A stretch of DNA of 63,755 nt, the filler included, from Octopus bimaculoides (taxonomy: Eukaryota): assembly GCF_001194135.2 (NCBI RefSeq). It is 6 parts of 6 records of this genome, joined end to end, with 100 filler letters (N's around TTAATTAATTAA, not from the genome) between each part and the next. Parts side by side here need not be neighbours in the genome. Positions count along the whole stretch, not along the records: positions 55,313 to 63,755 come from NC_068981.1; 5 more parts are not named here. One strand, given 5' to 3'. The notes beneath the pieces were generated by a model. The model made no database searches, had not been told where the DNA came from, and saw only the letters and a list, made by a program, of their open reading frames with translations. Both the position numbers and the translations under genes were made by a program. Shown piece by piece: positions 62,357 to 63,755 of the stretch. Within the stretch, counting starts at the first letter, position 1. Each line of letters opens with the position of its first letter.

Positions 62357-63755
62357 TCATCATCATCATCATCATCGTATAACGTCCACTTTCCATGCTA
62401 GCTTGGGTTGGACGATTTCAATAAGGACTGGTGAACCAGATGGCTGCAGCAGGCTCCAATCTGATTTGGCAGAGTTTCTACAGCTGGATGCCCTTCCTAA
62501 CGCCAACCACTCCGAGAGTGTAGTGGGTGCTTTTACGTGCCACCGGCACGAAGGCCAGTATGGCGGTATTGGCAACGGCCACGCTCGAAATAGTGTATTT
62601 TACATGCCACCTGCACAGAAGCCAGTCCAGCGGCACTGGCAACGATCTCGCTTGAATGTCTTTACACGTGCCAGGAAAGCAACACTGGGCACAGGTGCCA
62701 TCACGATTTCACTTTCACTTGCCCCAACAGGTCTTCGCAAGCCGAGTTTAGTGTCCAATGAAGGAGACGACGTTGGCATGGGTACCAGTCGTCGAATTTA
62801 ATTTGATTTCGATTTCACTTGCCTCAACAGGTCTTCGCAAGCGGAGTTTAGTGTCCAATGAAGGAAGGTACGCATAAGTCGGTTAGCTACACACCTGACA
62901 GAGGGCTTGGATTTAGGTCTCACTTGGCTTGCCAGGTCTTCTCATGCACAGCACANNNNNNNNNNGCGAGCCTACGCATGTTCTCAGCAGTCACGGCCCA
63001 TGTTTCACTGCCATGTAGCATACATAGTATGCGTCATACAGTCTGCTTTTTACTCTGACTGAGAGGTTACCAGCAGAGGTAAGAGCTCTCTAAACTTTGC
63101 CCAGGCTATTCTTATTCTAGCAGCTACACGTTCAGCGCACCCTCCCCCACTACTAACTTGGTCACCTAGATAGCGGAAGCTATCAACTAACTCTAGTTTT
63201 TCTCCCTGGAATGTGACCAAAGTTGTTTTCTGCACATTTTCAGTGTTTATTGCTCCTGAACATCTGCCACATACAAAAACTAACTTCCTAGTTAACCTTC
63301 CTTTGATATTGCTGCACCTCTTATGTGTCCATAGCTTGCACTGGGTACATCTTATAGAGTTTCTACCTATGCGTTTTCTACAGATCGAGCAGAGGGGTTT
63401 GTGTTTTATCAACCTTCCTACTTATTAGGACTTTGGTTTTAGCTAGATTCACTCTAAGGTCCTTCGATTCTAGTCCTTGCTTCCACACCTGAAACTTCTC
63501 CTCAAGTTCTAATAGTGACTCAGCAATTAGTGAGAGGTCATCAGCATAGAGGAGCTCCCAGGGGTATCCTGTCTTGAATTCCTCTGTTATCGCCTGGAGG
63601 ACTATGATAAATAGGAGGGGGATGAGGACTGAACCTCGGTGGACTCCTACCTCTACCCGGAATTCTTCACTGTACTCGTTGCCAACCCTCACCTTACTGA
63701 CAGCGTCTCTGTACATGGCTCGCACAGCTCTCACTAACCATTCTTATATCCCTAG
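62357..63755 (-). mobile_element. RTE-clade LINE, RT domain to 3' end, with PHD-like finger inside RT; runs off the window end
   Basis: VEVGVHRGSVLIPLLF (QG-SP motif), LLYADD, NLAKTKVL, C4HC3 finger, ELVDSFRYLG, AWAKFREL, LHGSETW, terminal VHEKTWQAK*, long 3'UTR with a 53-bp duplication (62713/62813) and (GAT)n tail at 62357-62376. Frameshifted. Confidence 0.92.

Overview
Eukaryotic, AT-rich, gapped draft-assembly DNA with very dense microsatellites. The repeat landscape (several tRNA-derived SINE families, RTE, CR1/L2, R4/Dong, Tx1/L1 and Penelope retroelement relics, Tc1/mariner and maT relics) looks most like a coleoid cephalopod (octopus); this is an inference, not a database result. No intact protein-coding gene, rRNA, true tRNA or CRISPR array is supportable. 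Most listed ORFs are microsatellite or N-gap artefacts, and only a few short candidate exons have credible splice signals. The main unexplained signal is a set of minimal type I hammerhead-ribozyme-like motifs carried by at least five unrelated short repeats (2431-2463, 3868-3916, 25135-25220, 39083-39129, 40086-40127, plus decayed copies). They have palindromic stem III and show all four Watson-Crick states of the core 3:8 pair (C:G, G:C, U:A, A:U). Several sit in or next to fold-back structures, one of which appears to encode a Penelope GIY-YIG C-terminus. Other notable points are tandem R4/Dong 3' ends in (TAA)n, a head-to-head SINE fold-back, a near-identical inverted CR1 duplication, CpG-depleted domains readable from SINE decay, and assembly artefacts (TTAATTAATTAA linkers and an exact inverted duplication across a gap). 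All alignments and folds were done by eye.
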